The notes below the pieces were generated by a model. That model worked only from the letters and a program-made list of their open reading frames with translations, was not told the origin of the DNA and did not search any database. Shown one piece after another: positions 10,346 through 18,340 of a stretch of 32,000 nucleotides of DNA. The stretch comes from a cyanobacterium endosymbiont of Braarudosphaera bigelowii (GTDB taxonomy: Bacteria; Cyanobacteriota; Cyanobacteriia; Cyanobacteriales; Microcystaceae), in assembly GCF_020885515.1 (NCBI RefSeq), contig NZ_AP024987.1, positions 450,001 to 482,000 on the forward strand. The letters are read 5' to 3'. How positions within the stretch are numbered: position 1 is the stretch's first letter; each line of letters begins with the position of its first letter. A program made the position numbers and the translations under genes.

Positions 10346-11404
10346 ATGGTGATACAGTCTATCTTTAGTAGAGCCAAATCAAAGAAAGTCTTTAATTCTC
10401 ATGTGCTTTCTATTTTTATTTCTATTTCTGTTCATGTTTTAGCTTTATTTTTAGCCAGTTCTAACTTGACTAATGCATTATCTTTTAGACCCAAGAAAGT
10501 ACATAAAACCTCTGAAAGTATCCAGATAGTAGAATTAGAGTCTATTGAAGAGGCTGAAGTGTTAGTTAAACCTTTAAAGTCTTCAAATATTCAGAATTCC
10601 TCTGATCATGATGAAAACAATAATAGTTCAACAATATCTAAAACTTCTCTTTCAGGTATTACCAAAGATTTATCTATTCCAACAACAACAAATTTTTCTA
10701 AAAATAAAAATGATACTTTTACAAAAGATGAACTAGAAATCAAACCCGATAGTATATCCACTAAAAACAAGTTGAAGAAGAACGAAACTATAGATATAGA
10801 ACTACCTAAAAAAAATTTATTAGATAATCAACTAGTAGATAAAAAAGACGACATTAACAATAAATATAAGACTCAACCAGTTCAGTTAACTAAAGAGCGT
10901 TTATCTGCTGAAAAGCATAGTATGAGAAAACTACGACAAGATCAAATTACAAAAAATCTTTTAGAAGAAACATTAAAAGGGGCTGAGAAATTAATCTATA
11001 ATCATGTGGGTACTCAAAGAGCAGAAGCTAGACAAAAAGATATAGAATGGATGCAAAGAACAGGAATAGCTTTAAAGCTTAATCAGATGATAACTATTGA
11101 AGGTAGTTATCCAAAAAGCGCTTGTAACCTCAATTTAAAAGGCTCTGCTGTTTATAATATTTTTGTAAATAAAAATGGAAAATTAAATGGTTTACCTTTT
11201 ATGACACAAAGCTCAGGTTATGGCATTCTCAACGACCAAGGATTAGATGATATAAAATCATATAATTTTTCTCAACCAACTAGAGTCCGTGTCATATTTG
11301 AACCTAATCATGAAAAGTGCCCTAATTTACCTAAAGTAGAAAGCTCCATAATACCTTCTAAATCTAGTCAAACTACGGATGAATCCAATAATATTAGAGA
11401 ATAA
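10346..11404 (+). CDS. TonB-like energy-transducer protein (divergent, Asn/Lys/Ser-rich spacer)
   Basis: 352 aa. Single N-terminal TM helix containing an S-x3-H motif (SISVHVLAL), a long low-complexity spacer, and a C-terminal block YPKSACNLNLKGSAVYNIFVNKNGKL...SSGYGILNDQGLDDIKSYNF that resembles the TonB C-terminal domain. Confidence 0.55.
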   Translation: MVIQSIFSRAKSKKVFNSHVLSIFISISVHVLALFLASSNLTNALSFRPKKVHKTSESIQIVELESIEEAEVLVKPLKSSNIQNSSDHDENNNSSTISKTSLSGITKDLSIPTTTNFSKNKNDTFTKDELEIKPDSISTKNKLKKNETIDIELPKKNLLDNQLVDKKDDINNKYKTQPVQLTKERLSAEKHSMRKLRQDQITKNLLEETLKGAEKLIYNHVGTQRAEARQKDIEWMQRTGIALKLNQMITIEGSYPKSACNLNLKGSAVYNIFVNKNGKLNGLPFMTQSSGYGILNDQGLDDIKSYNFSQPTRVRVIFEPNHEKCPNLPKVESSIIPSKSSQTTDESNNIRE

Positions 11405-11673
11405 ATTAGAATTGTATATTCTTTTAAAACTATTGTTATTGAATATTTTACTTTTAAGAGTTTATATTATTAAAACTCCCACTATATTAGCTTTAACTGA
11501 ATATTCTAATCTTTTGTGGTTAATTGAAATATTTATACTTTTATAGACTAATTAAACTTTCTACTTAAGTATTTTCCACATCATACATTTAAATAAATTA
11601 GCTTGAATAAACTAAAGAAAACATAGTTGATTTTTTAAATTTTTGGGGAAAAGTTAAATACTTTTATAATCCA

Positions 11674-12156
11674 TTAACTATTATAGCTGTAATATAATTG
11701 GAGATCTTTTGCAACATTAATAGGTACGAGATGAGAAATACAGCCACCAAATTGAGCAATCTCTTTAACTGTACTACTACTTAAAAAACTATATTCTTTA
11801 TTAGTTGCTAAGAAAACAGTTTCTAACTCTCTAGCAAGGGTTTTGTTTGTATGGGCCATTTGTAACTCTTTTTCAAAATCAGAAAGAACCCTTAAGCCTC
11901 TTAATAAAACCTTAGCTTGATGAAGCTTTGCATAGTCTACAGTTAATCCCGTAAAGCTATCTACTTCAATTCTAGATAAGTGTTTAGTACATTGACTAAT
12001 TTGTTGTACTCTTTTTTCTACGGAAAATAAGGAATGTTTATTAGGATTACACAAAACTGCAACAATTACTTTTTCAAATAAGATAACTCCTCGCTCAATA
12101 ATGTCAAGATGACCAAGGGTAATAGGATCAAAACTTCCCGGATAAATAGCTATCAT
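11674..12156 (-). CDS. coaD: phosphopantetheine adenylyltransferase
   Basis: 160 aa. [22 protein letters not shown] (the T/HxGH nucleotidyltransferase motif) and SSSTVKEI near the C-terminus. Confidence 0.93.
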   Translation of the reverse strand: MIAIYPGSFDPITLGHLDIIERGVILFEKVIVAVLCNPNKHSLFSVEKRVQQISQCTKHLSRIEVDSFTGLTVDYAKLHQAKVLLRGLRVLSDFEKELQMAHTNKTLARELETVFLATNKEYSFLSSSTVKEIAQFGGCISHLVPINVAKDLQLYYSYNS

Positions 12157-12346
12157 AATCTTATTAAATTGGAATGAAATTATAAATTAAACTATTAATG
12201 ATAGTTATACTAAGATAATATATTATCTATTACTTAGTATTGTTCTCGTAAAACGCATATAATGTGTCCTATTGAGTCAAAAATTGCTGTAGAGTAAACT
12301 GAGATAGATGATACAAAACAATGGTTGAGACTACAGACATTAAAAC

Positions 12347-13276
12347 ATGGTTATGACAGGTAAAGATCATGTGACACAGATTGAAACATCTTGTTTCGAT
12401 TTAGTGTCTTATCTTAAAGAGAAAAAACAATTGGTTGAAGCTGCTCTAGATGCTTCTATCCCTATTACTTGTCCTGAAAAAATCTACGAAGCAATGCGTT
12501 ATTCTCTCCTTGCAGGAGGAAAAAGGTTGCGCCCCATACTATGCTTAACTACTTGTGAGCTTATGGGGGGAACAGTTAAGATGGCACTGCCAACAGCTTG
12601 TGCCTTAGAAATGATTCATACTATGTCTCTTATTCACGATGATCTTCCTGCTATGGATAATGATGATTATCGTCGAGGACAATTAACAAACCATAAAGTT
12701 TATGGGGAAGACATAGCTATTCTTGCAGGTGATGCTTTGTTGTCATATGCTTTTGAACATGTTGCTACTCAGACTTGTAATGTCTCTTTAACAAACCTAG
12801 TGGATGTTATAGCTCGTCTAGGTCGTACTGTTGGAGCAGCAGGATTGGTTGGCGGTCAAGTTCTAGATTTAGAATCTGAAGGTAAGCCTAATATAACATC
12901 AGATATTTTAAAATTTATCCATGTTCATAAAACAGGTGCTTTATTAGAAACTTCAGTAGTATCTGGAGCAATTCTAGCAGGAGCTAATCTAGAAGATATA
13001 AAACGTCTTTCTCATTATGCACAGAATATTGGTTTAGCTTTTCAAATTATTGATGACATATTAGATATAACTTCTACTCAAGCAGAACTAGGAAAAACTG
13101 CTGGAAAAGATAAACAAGCTCAAAAAGCTACTTATCCAAGTCTGTGGGGTTTAGAGGAGTCACAAAAACAAGCTCAAATTCTTATAGAAGATGCAATAGC
13201 TCAACTAGCTCCTTATGGTAAAGAAGCATATCCTTTAGAAGCTATTGCTAGATTTATCGTTTCTCGCAAAAATTAA
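12347..13276 (+). CDS. crtE: geranylgeranyl diphosphate synthase (type II polyprenyl synthase)
   Basis: 309 aa. First Asp-rich motif [16 protein letters not shown], second motif FQIIDDILD, and GKTAGKD. Confidence 0.85.
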   Translation: MVMTGKDHVTQIETSCFDLVSYLKEKKQLVEAALDASIPITCPEKIYEAMRYSLLAGGKRLRPILCLTTCELMGGTVKMALPTACALEMIHTMSLIHDDLPAMDNDDYRRGQLTNHKVYGEDIAILAGDALLSYAFEHVATQTCNVSLTNLVDVIARLGRTVGAAGLVGGQVLDLESEGKPNITSDILKFIHVHKTGALLETSVVSGAILAGANLEDIKRLSHYAQNIGLAFQIIDDILDITSTQAELGKTAGKDKQAQKATYPSLWGLEESQKQAQILIEDAIAQLAPYGKEAYPLEAIARFIVSRKN

Positions 13277-13294
13277 AATTCTTAGCTATTAATT

Positions 13295-13753
13295 ATGCAG
13301 GATTTTGAAACAATTATTCATAACAGAATACTGTTGGTATCTTTATTAGCTTGTTTTTCTGCCCAAGGATTGAAATTTTTTATTGAGTTAATTCATAATC
13401 GAAGAATGAACTTTAATTCTTTAATTAGTACAGGTGGGATGCCGAGTGCACACTCGGCATTAGTGGGATCACTGGCTACCAGTATTGGATTGACCGAGGG
13501 TTGGGAAAGTTCTGAATTTGCCATCACTTGTCTATTTGCTATTGTTGTTATGTATGATGCAACTGGTATACGTCAAGCAGCCGGTAAACAAGCTCAAATT
13601 CTTAATCAGTTAATTGATTCATTTCGAGACAATATTTTTTACTTGAATACAGAAGAACGATTAAAGGAATTGCTAGGACATACGCCAGTTCAAGTACTTG
13701 TAGGCTTAGGCTGGGGCATATGGATTTCAGTATTAGCAATAACAGTATTTTAG
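13295..13753 (+). CDS. divergent PAP2 / DUF212-family membrane protein (acid phosphatase-related)
   Basis: 152 aa. GGMPSAHSA, VMYDATGIR and LGHTP motifs characteristic of the family. Starts 18 nt after crtE. Confidence 0.75.
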   Translation: MQDFETIIHNRILLVSLLACFSAQGLKFFIELIHNRRMNFNSLISTGGMPSAHSALVGSLATSIGLTEGWESSEFAITCLFAIVVMYDATGIRQAAGKQAQILNQLIDSFRDNIFYLNTEERLKELLGHTPVQVLVGLGWGIWISVLAITVF

Positions 13754-14418
13754 TTTTTTTAAATATGTAAATATTATTAAGTAAACATTATGTTATGCGA
13801 CAAAAAGTGCAAATTAAAGAATATTTTTACTATCATAGTGGATATATATCGTATTAAAATTGACCACAAATTAGTGATAGATTGTGAATTTTCCATATTT
13901 AAAGAATGTTTACTTAACACAATTGGATCGACAAATAGAAAATTTTGTTAACGTATGAATATAAAGCTCTAATTTTTTGTCTGCTAAAAGTAAAAGTATT
14001 ACTTATTGTTAAACAGCCTAAAATGGATAAACATTTTATTTAGTCATAACGCCTTTTACAATAGCTAAGATTTGAACTCTTGTTCTAAAATTCTTAACTT
14101 TAATTGAAGCTGTTCTAAGTAAAAATAAGCAAAATTTTGATGCAGTTAAAACAAAAATTGTTCTCGGACTTTTGTCTTCGAGGCTAGAATTAGGTGAATA
14201 TTTAGTTCTCCTATTGGATATTATGTGATTTGAATAATAATTAAATGAGTACAGCTATTAAAGTAGATGTTATTTTAATTAAAAAAATCCCATTTATCTG
14301 GTCTCGTTTCAGAAGATTAAGTTTATTCTCAAATGGTTGACCTAGACTTGTTTACTTAATCTAACTGTAATTTACCTTTATCTTCTAATTTTTATAGAAG
14401 AAGCGAGAGGAAAACGCC

Positions 14419-15684
14419 ATGACGCAGGCTAACGACCTATTAACCCTTACTGAATCTCAGATGGAAGTAACGTTCTTTATTGATGAAGATATAAATGAAA
14501 CAAATAGTGATTCTATTAACAGTATCACTACCGAGCCAGATGGTAAAAAAACGCGAAAAATTAGTGCCTCTCGTCGTCGAGATCCTAGTAAAAAAAAGCC
14601 TTATACAGAGGATTCAATTCGGGTTTATTTGCAAGAGATAGGTCGTATTCGACTCTTGCGTGCTGAAGAGGAGATCGAACTAGCTCGTAAAATAGCTGAT
14701 TTATTACAACTTGAACGTATTAGAGAAGCTTTATGGGAAGAGTTAGATCAAGTTCCTAATGATGAGCAATGGGCTAAAAGGATTTTTCAATGGGAAAATA
14801 TTGAGCAGATAATTCGTACTCAGTCTTCTAAAGAGAAAGAACCAAAATGGTCCGAAGTAACTAATATGTTACAAGAAAAGAAAACAATTTCTAATTTAGA
14901 AAAAATATGGGAATTAGAACAAAAAGCTTATCTTCCTAAATTTAAACGTCGTTTATATTTAGGACGTAAGGCTAAAGATAAAATGGTCCACTCTAATCTT
15001 CGTTTAGTTGTTTCCATAGCTAAAAAATATATGAACCGTGGCCTTTCCTTCCAAGATTTAATTCAGGAAGGCTCTTTAGGATTAATTAGAGCAGCTGAAA
15101 AGTTTGATCATGAAAAAGGTTATAAATTTTCTACCTACGCAACTTGGTGGATTCGTCAAGCTATCACAAGAGCTATAGCCGATCAATCACGGACCATTCG
15201 TCTTCCTGTTCATTTATACGAAACCATTTCTCGCATTAAGAAAACTACTAAACTCTTATCTCAAGAAATGCGTCGTAAACCAACGGAAGAAGAAATTGCT
15301 ACTAGAATGGAAATGACTATTGAGAAATTGCGTTTTATTGCTAAGTCGGCACAACTACCAATTTCCCTAGAAACTCCTATAGGAAAAGAAGAAGATTCTC
15401 GTTTAGGTGACTTTATTGAAGCAGATGGAGAAACCCCAGAAGATGAAGTTGCTAAAAATCTTCTTCGAGAAGATTTAGAAAATGTCTTAGATACTCTTAG
15501 TCCAAGAGAAAGAGATGTTTTACGGCTACGATACGGATTAGATGATGGAAGAATGAAAACTTTAGAAGAAATTGGTCAAATTTTTAACGTTACTCGTGAA
15601 CGTATTCGACAAATAGAAGCTAAAGCTCTGAGGAAACTTAGACATCCTAATCGTAATAGTGTTCTTAAAGAATATATTCGTTGA
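14419..15684 (+). CDS. sigA: RNA polymerase principal (group 1) sigma factor
   Basis: 421 aa. Regions 2-4 are nearly canonical ([57 protein letters not shown]...[30 protein letters not shown]). SD-like GAGAGG lies upstream. Confidence 0.92.
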   Translation: MTQANDLLTLTESQMEVTFFIDEDINETNSDSINSITTEPDGKKTRKISASRRRDPSKKKPYTEDSIRVYLQEIGRIRLLRAEEEIELARKIADLLQLERIREALWEELDQVPNDEQWAKRIFQWENIEQIIRTQSSKEKEPKWSEVTNMLQEKKTISNLEKIWELEQKAYLPKFKRRLYLGRKAKDKMVHSNLRLVVSIAKKYMNRGLSFQDLIQEGSLGLIRAAEKFDHEKGYKFSTYATWWIRQAITRAIADQSRTIRLPVHLYETISRIKKTTKLLSQEMRRKPTEEEIATRMEMTIEKLRFIAKSAQLPISLETPIGKEEDSRLGDFIEADGETPEDEVAKNLLREDLENVLDTLSPRERDVLRLRYGLDDGRMKTLEEIGQIFNVTRERIRQIEAKALRKLRHPNRNSVLKEYIR

Positions 15685-15742
15685 GGTTTATTTGCGAAGA
15701 TATGATATATAAGTAAACATAGAGATTTCTTTTAAAAACAAA

Positions 15743-15779
15743 TAGGCAACAAATATTAAATGTAAATCCTTGTTGCCTA
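15743..15779 (+). terminator. Hairpin 59 nt after the sigA stop (10-bp perfect stem, 17-nt loop)
   Basis: TAGGCAACAA (15743-15752) pairs with TTGTTGCCTA (15770-15779). The stem is relatively G/C-rich for this sequence. Confidence 0.45.
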
Positions 15780-15990
15780 AATCTTTGAATTAATAAGTTA
15801 TTAAAATAATTAGTTATGAGGAAAACAAAATAGTTATAAACAACAATTTTTAGAATTTTTTGGACAACATAATTCTAGAAATTTAACTTATTGTCTACAA
15901 AGCTAAAATGATTCCTATGTAATTCTTCTTTATTGTAATAAAGACTAAAGATAACATCAAAATAGTTTACTATAGTCTAAACATGATGAT

Positions 15991-17253
15991 ATGACGATAC
16001 CACCTGATTTTTCTTCTGACTCATCTTTGGATACTAACGATCAGGAGCTTTCACCTTCCCTGTTATCAAATTCTAAATATAGAAAGTTATCAAGTCTAGA
16101 TTCTTTATCTTTTCAAGAATCAAAAAAACCTCTATATTTGCAGGAAGTTAAGTCTTCTAACCCATGGTTGTTTTTTATCATGCTTGGCTTAATGATCGTT
16201 GGGTTAATATTTAACTTACCTTTAATAGGATTGAGTAGTGCCTTGGTAGCACTATTTCTTTCTTTACGTTCAATGCTTCCCTGTTTCTACAATTGGTTCA
16301 TTAGATATCTTGACTCTGCAGAGAGAGATCTTTTAGTTAGCCTTATTGTTTTTATTTTGTCCTTGGCAGGAATATTCTATTACATTGGTATTTACCAAAT
16401 TATTGGAAATTGGCTAGATCAATTTAAATATGATGAGTTTGGCTCCTGGGCTGAATGGGTTGGAGCATTAGGCCAAATAATGATTGCTATATTGGCCGTT
16501 TACGTTGCTTGGGCTCAATATGTAATTTCTAAAGATTTGACTTTACAACAAAATAGAATTACTCAACAACAAACTATTGATACTTATTTTCAAGGTATAT
16601 CTGATTTAGTATTAGACGGAGAGGGAATGCTAGAAGACTGGCCTCAAGAGCGTTCTATAGCAGAAGGAAGAACTGCTGCAATCCTAAGTAGTGTGGATAA
16701 AATTGGAAAAACAAAAATTTTAAAGTTTCTTTCTCAGTCTAGACTTTTAACTCCACTCATGAGAGATAGTCGTTTGGGAAGACCAATATTAGATGGTTCA
16801 GGCGGATATGCTGAAGACCGTGCTAATGGGATTCGTGTTATTAATTTAGGAGTTATGCTAGCAGAAGTTGACTTATCAGATCAGGACTTAAGATGGACAG
16901 ATTTAAGCGAAGCTAATATGGTACGTGTAAATTTAAGTCGTTGTGATTTAGTAAAAGCAAATTTATCTCGTACAATTTTGTATGATGCTAATCTTCAAGA
17001 AGTTGATCTTAAGAATGCTCGCTTATTCTATGGTTTAAGTGACATTGCTAGTCCTCGCTCGAGAATTCATCCTCCTGACTATAAAACAGGGGCATATACA
17101 GGAATAGTAATTGAAAATTGCAATTTGTCTAGAGTTAAAAATTTGACAAAAGAACAACATTATTATTTATGTGCTTGGGGAGGAGAACATACCCGAGGAA
17201 CAATTCCAGGAGGATGCCATAATATTCCGAATAAATTAAATAAATATAAATAA
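15991..17253 (+). CDS. membrane-anchored pentapeptide-repeat protein
   Basis: 420 aa. Ser-rich N-terminus, about 4 hydrophobic helices (residues ~58-175), and C-terminal tandem pentapeptide repeats (DLSDQDLRWTDLSEANMVRVNLSRCDLVKANLSRTILYDANLQEVDLKNARL). Confidence 0.75.
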   Translation: MTIPPDFSSDSSLDTNDQELSPSLLSNSKYRKLSSLDSLSFQESKKPLYLQEVKSSNPWLFFIMLGLMIVGLIFNLPLIGLSSALVALFLSLRSMLPCFYNWFIRYLDSAERDLLVSLIVFILSLAGIFYYIGIYQIIGNWLDQFKYDEFGSWAEWVGALGQIMIAILAVYVAWAQYVISKDLTLQQNRITQQQTIDTYFQGISDLVLDGEGMLEDWPQERSIAEGRTAAILSSVDKIGKTKILKFLSQSRLLTPLMRDSRLGRPILDGSGGYAEDRANGIRVINLGVMLAEVDLSDQDLRWTDLSEANMVRVNLSRCDLVKANLSRTILYDANLQEVDLKNARLFYGLSDIASPRSRIHPPDYKTGAYTGIVIENCNLSRVKNLTKEQHYYLCAWGGEHTRGTIPGGCHNIPNKLNKYK

Positions 17254-17328
17254 ATTATTAATTTCTAGCTTTTAGAAAAATCTTAGGTTAGATTTATAAG
17301 CTGTATATTTTTTTAGGAGAGCAGGCTT

Positions 17329-17700
17329 ATGACTTTTCAAGAGTTTTGTTTATTGTTAGTTTCTGTACTTGCAAGTGCTCTAGGTCAATTATTTTTAAAA
17401 ATGGGAGCTTTAAAATTAGGTAAAGTTAATGCTCTCAATATCATAAGTCATATTTCAAAAATTATTATTATTCCAGAATTACTTTTAGGGTTATCTTGCT
17501 ATGGGGTAGGAGCGATTGCATATATTTTGTTATTGACTCGTGTTAACTTGAGTGTAGCTGGACCATCTGCATCGATTATTTATATATTTTCAGTTTTAAT
17601 TGGCTATTTCATTTTCAAGGAAGTTATTCCTGTTTATCGTGCTCTTGGGCTCGGGCTAGTAGTGTGTGGTGTCATTTTAGTCGTATGGAAACCTAGTTAA
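17329..17700 (+). CDS. small 4-TM EamA/SMR-like membrane protein (ArnE/ArnF-like flippase subunit candidate)
   Basis: 123 aa with four predicted TM helices. The size and pattern resemble small lipid-linked-sugar flippase subunits. A GT39-like glycosyltransferase gene lies 640 bp downstream on the opposite strand. Confidence 0.5.
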   Translation: MTFQEFCLLLVSVLASALGQLFLKMGALKLGKVNALNIISHISKIIIIPELLLGLSCYGVGAIAYILLLTRVNLSVAGPSASIIYIFSVLIGYFIFKEVIPVYRALGLGLVVCGVILVVWKPS

Positions 17701-17720
17701 ATATTAATTAAAATTACTAC

Positions 17721-17750
17721 TTGTCAAAATAAAAGTACTTATGCTATGAT
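17721..17750 (+). promoter_or_regulatory. Candidate promoter TTGTCA-N18-TATGAT for tRNA-Arg
   Basis: TTGTCA at 17721-17726 and TATGAT at 17745-17750. The predicted start would give a leader of about 15 nt before the tRNA 5' end. Confidence 0.4.
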
Positions 17751-17771
17751 TTATATCTGGTGGGTTAATAA

Positions 17772-17845
17772 GGGCTTGTAGCTTAGTGGATTAGAGCGCG
17801 TGGCTACGAACCACGAGGTCGGGGGTTCGACTCCCTCCAAGCCCG
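17772..17845 (+). tRNA. tRNA-Arg (anticodon ACG)
   Basis: Manual cloverleaf: acceptor GGGCTTG/CAAGCCC, D-arm GCTT/AGAGC region, anticodon stem CGTGG/CCACG with loop CTACGAA, T-arm GGGGG-TTCGACT-CCCTC, discriminator G. CCA is not encoded. Confidence 0.92.
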
Positions 17846-17868
17846 TACTGTTAGGGAAAGCTATATAT

Positions 17869-17940
17869 AGAAAAATTGTAACCGTATCTTAAGTGGGTAA
17901 ATTCTATAAGAAAACTTTAAGATACGGTTACAATTTTTCT
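17869..17940. terminator. Perfect 24-bp inverted repeat (17869-17892 / 17917-17940, 24-nt loop) 24 nt downstream of tRNA-Arg; putative terminator or processing hairpin
   Basis: AGAAAAATTGTAACCGTATCTTAA and TTAAGATACGGTTACAATTTTTCT are exact reverse complements. Confidence 0.6.
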
Positions 17941-17980
17941 GTTAAAGGTACATTTAGATAGATAAAAATTATTAAGTATA

Positions 17981-18301
17981 ATGTCAAAGAGATATACAGT
18001 CGAAATTTATCATCAAGAAACTAATTATGCTATCGAAGTTTCTGAAGATGAAAAAATTTTAGAATCAGCTAGGAAGGCTGGTATTGAAATACCATTATCT
18101 TGTGAAGCAGGAGTATGTACAACCTGTACTGCTTTCTTGTTAGAGGGTAAGGTAGAACAGGGGGAAGGAATGGGTTTGTCCCCTCAACTTCAAAAGGAAG
18201 GTTATGCTCTATTGTGTGTTTCATATCCTCGGTCTGATTTAAAACTAGTTACTGAAAAAGAAGATAAAGTATATGATCGACAATTTTCACCAAATACTTA
18301 A
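17981..18301 (+). CDS. plant-type [2Fe-2S] ferredoxin
   Basis: 106 aa. Cluster ligands in the canonical spacing SCEAGVCTTCTA (C-x4-C-x2-C) plus LLCVSYP. Confidence 0.88.
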   Translation: MSKRYTVEIYHQETNYAIEVSEDEKILESARKAGIEIPLSCEAGVCTTCTAFLLEGKVEQGEGMGLSPQLQKEGYALLCVSYPRSDLKLVTEKEDKVYDRQFSPNT

Positions 18302-18340
18302 TCTTCAAAACGTAATGACTTAGTAAAATATATAGAGTTT

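Noticed and set aside
12207-12240. Imperfect palindromic region (core AGATAATATATTATCT, outer ATACTA/TAGTAT) in the coaD-crtE divergent spacer
   Set aside because: It could be an operator. However, it is almost pure A/T, imperfect, and indistinguishable from chance low-complexity symmetry without comparative data.
13790-13951. 53-aa ORF (MLCDKKCKLKNIF...) in the long spacer upstream of sigA
   Set aside because: It has no Shine-Dalgarno sequence, its composition mirrors AT-rich non-coding DNA, and I recognise no family. It cannot be supported from sequence alone.
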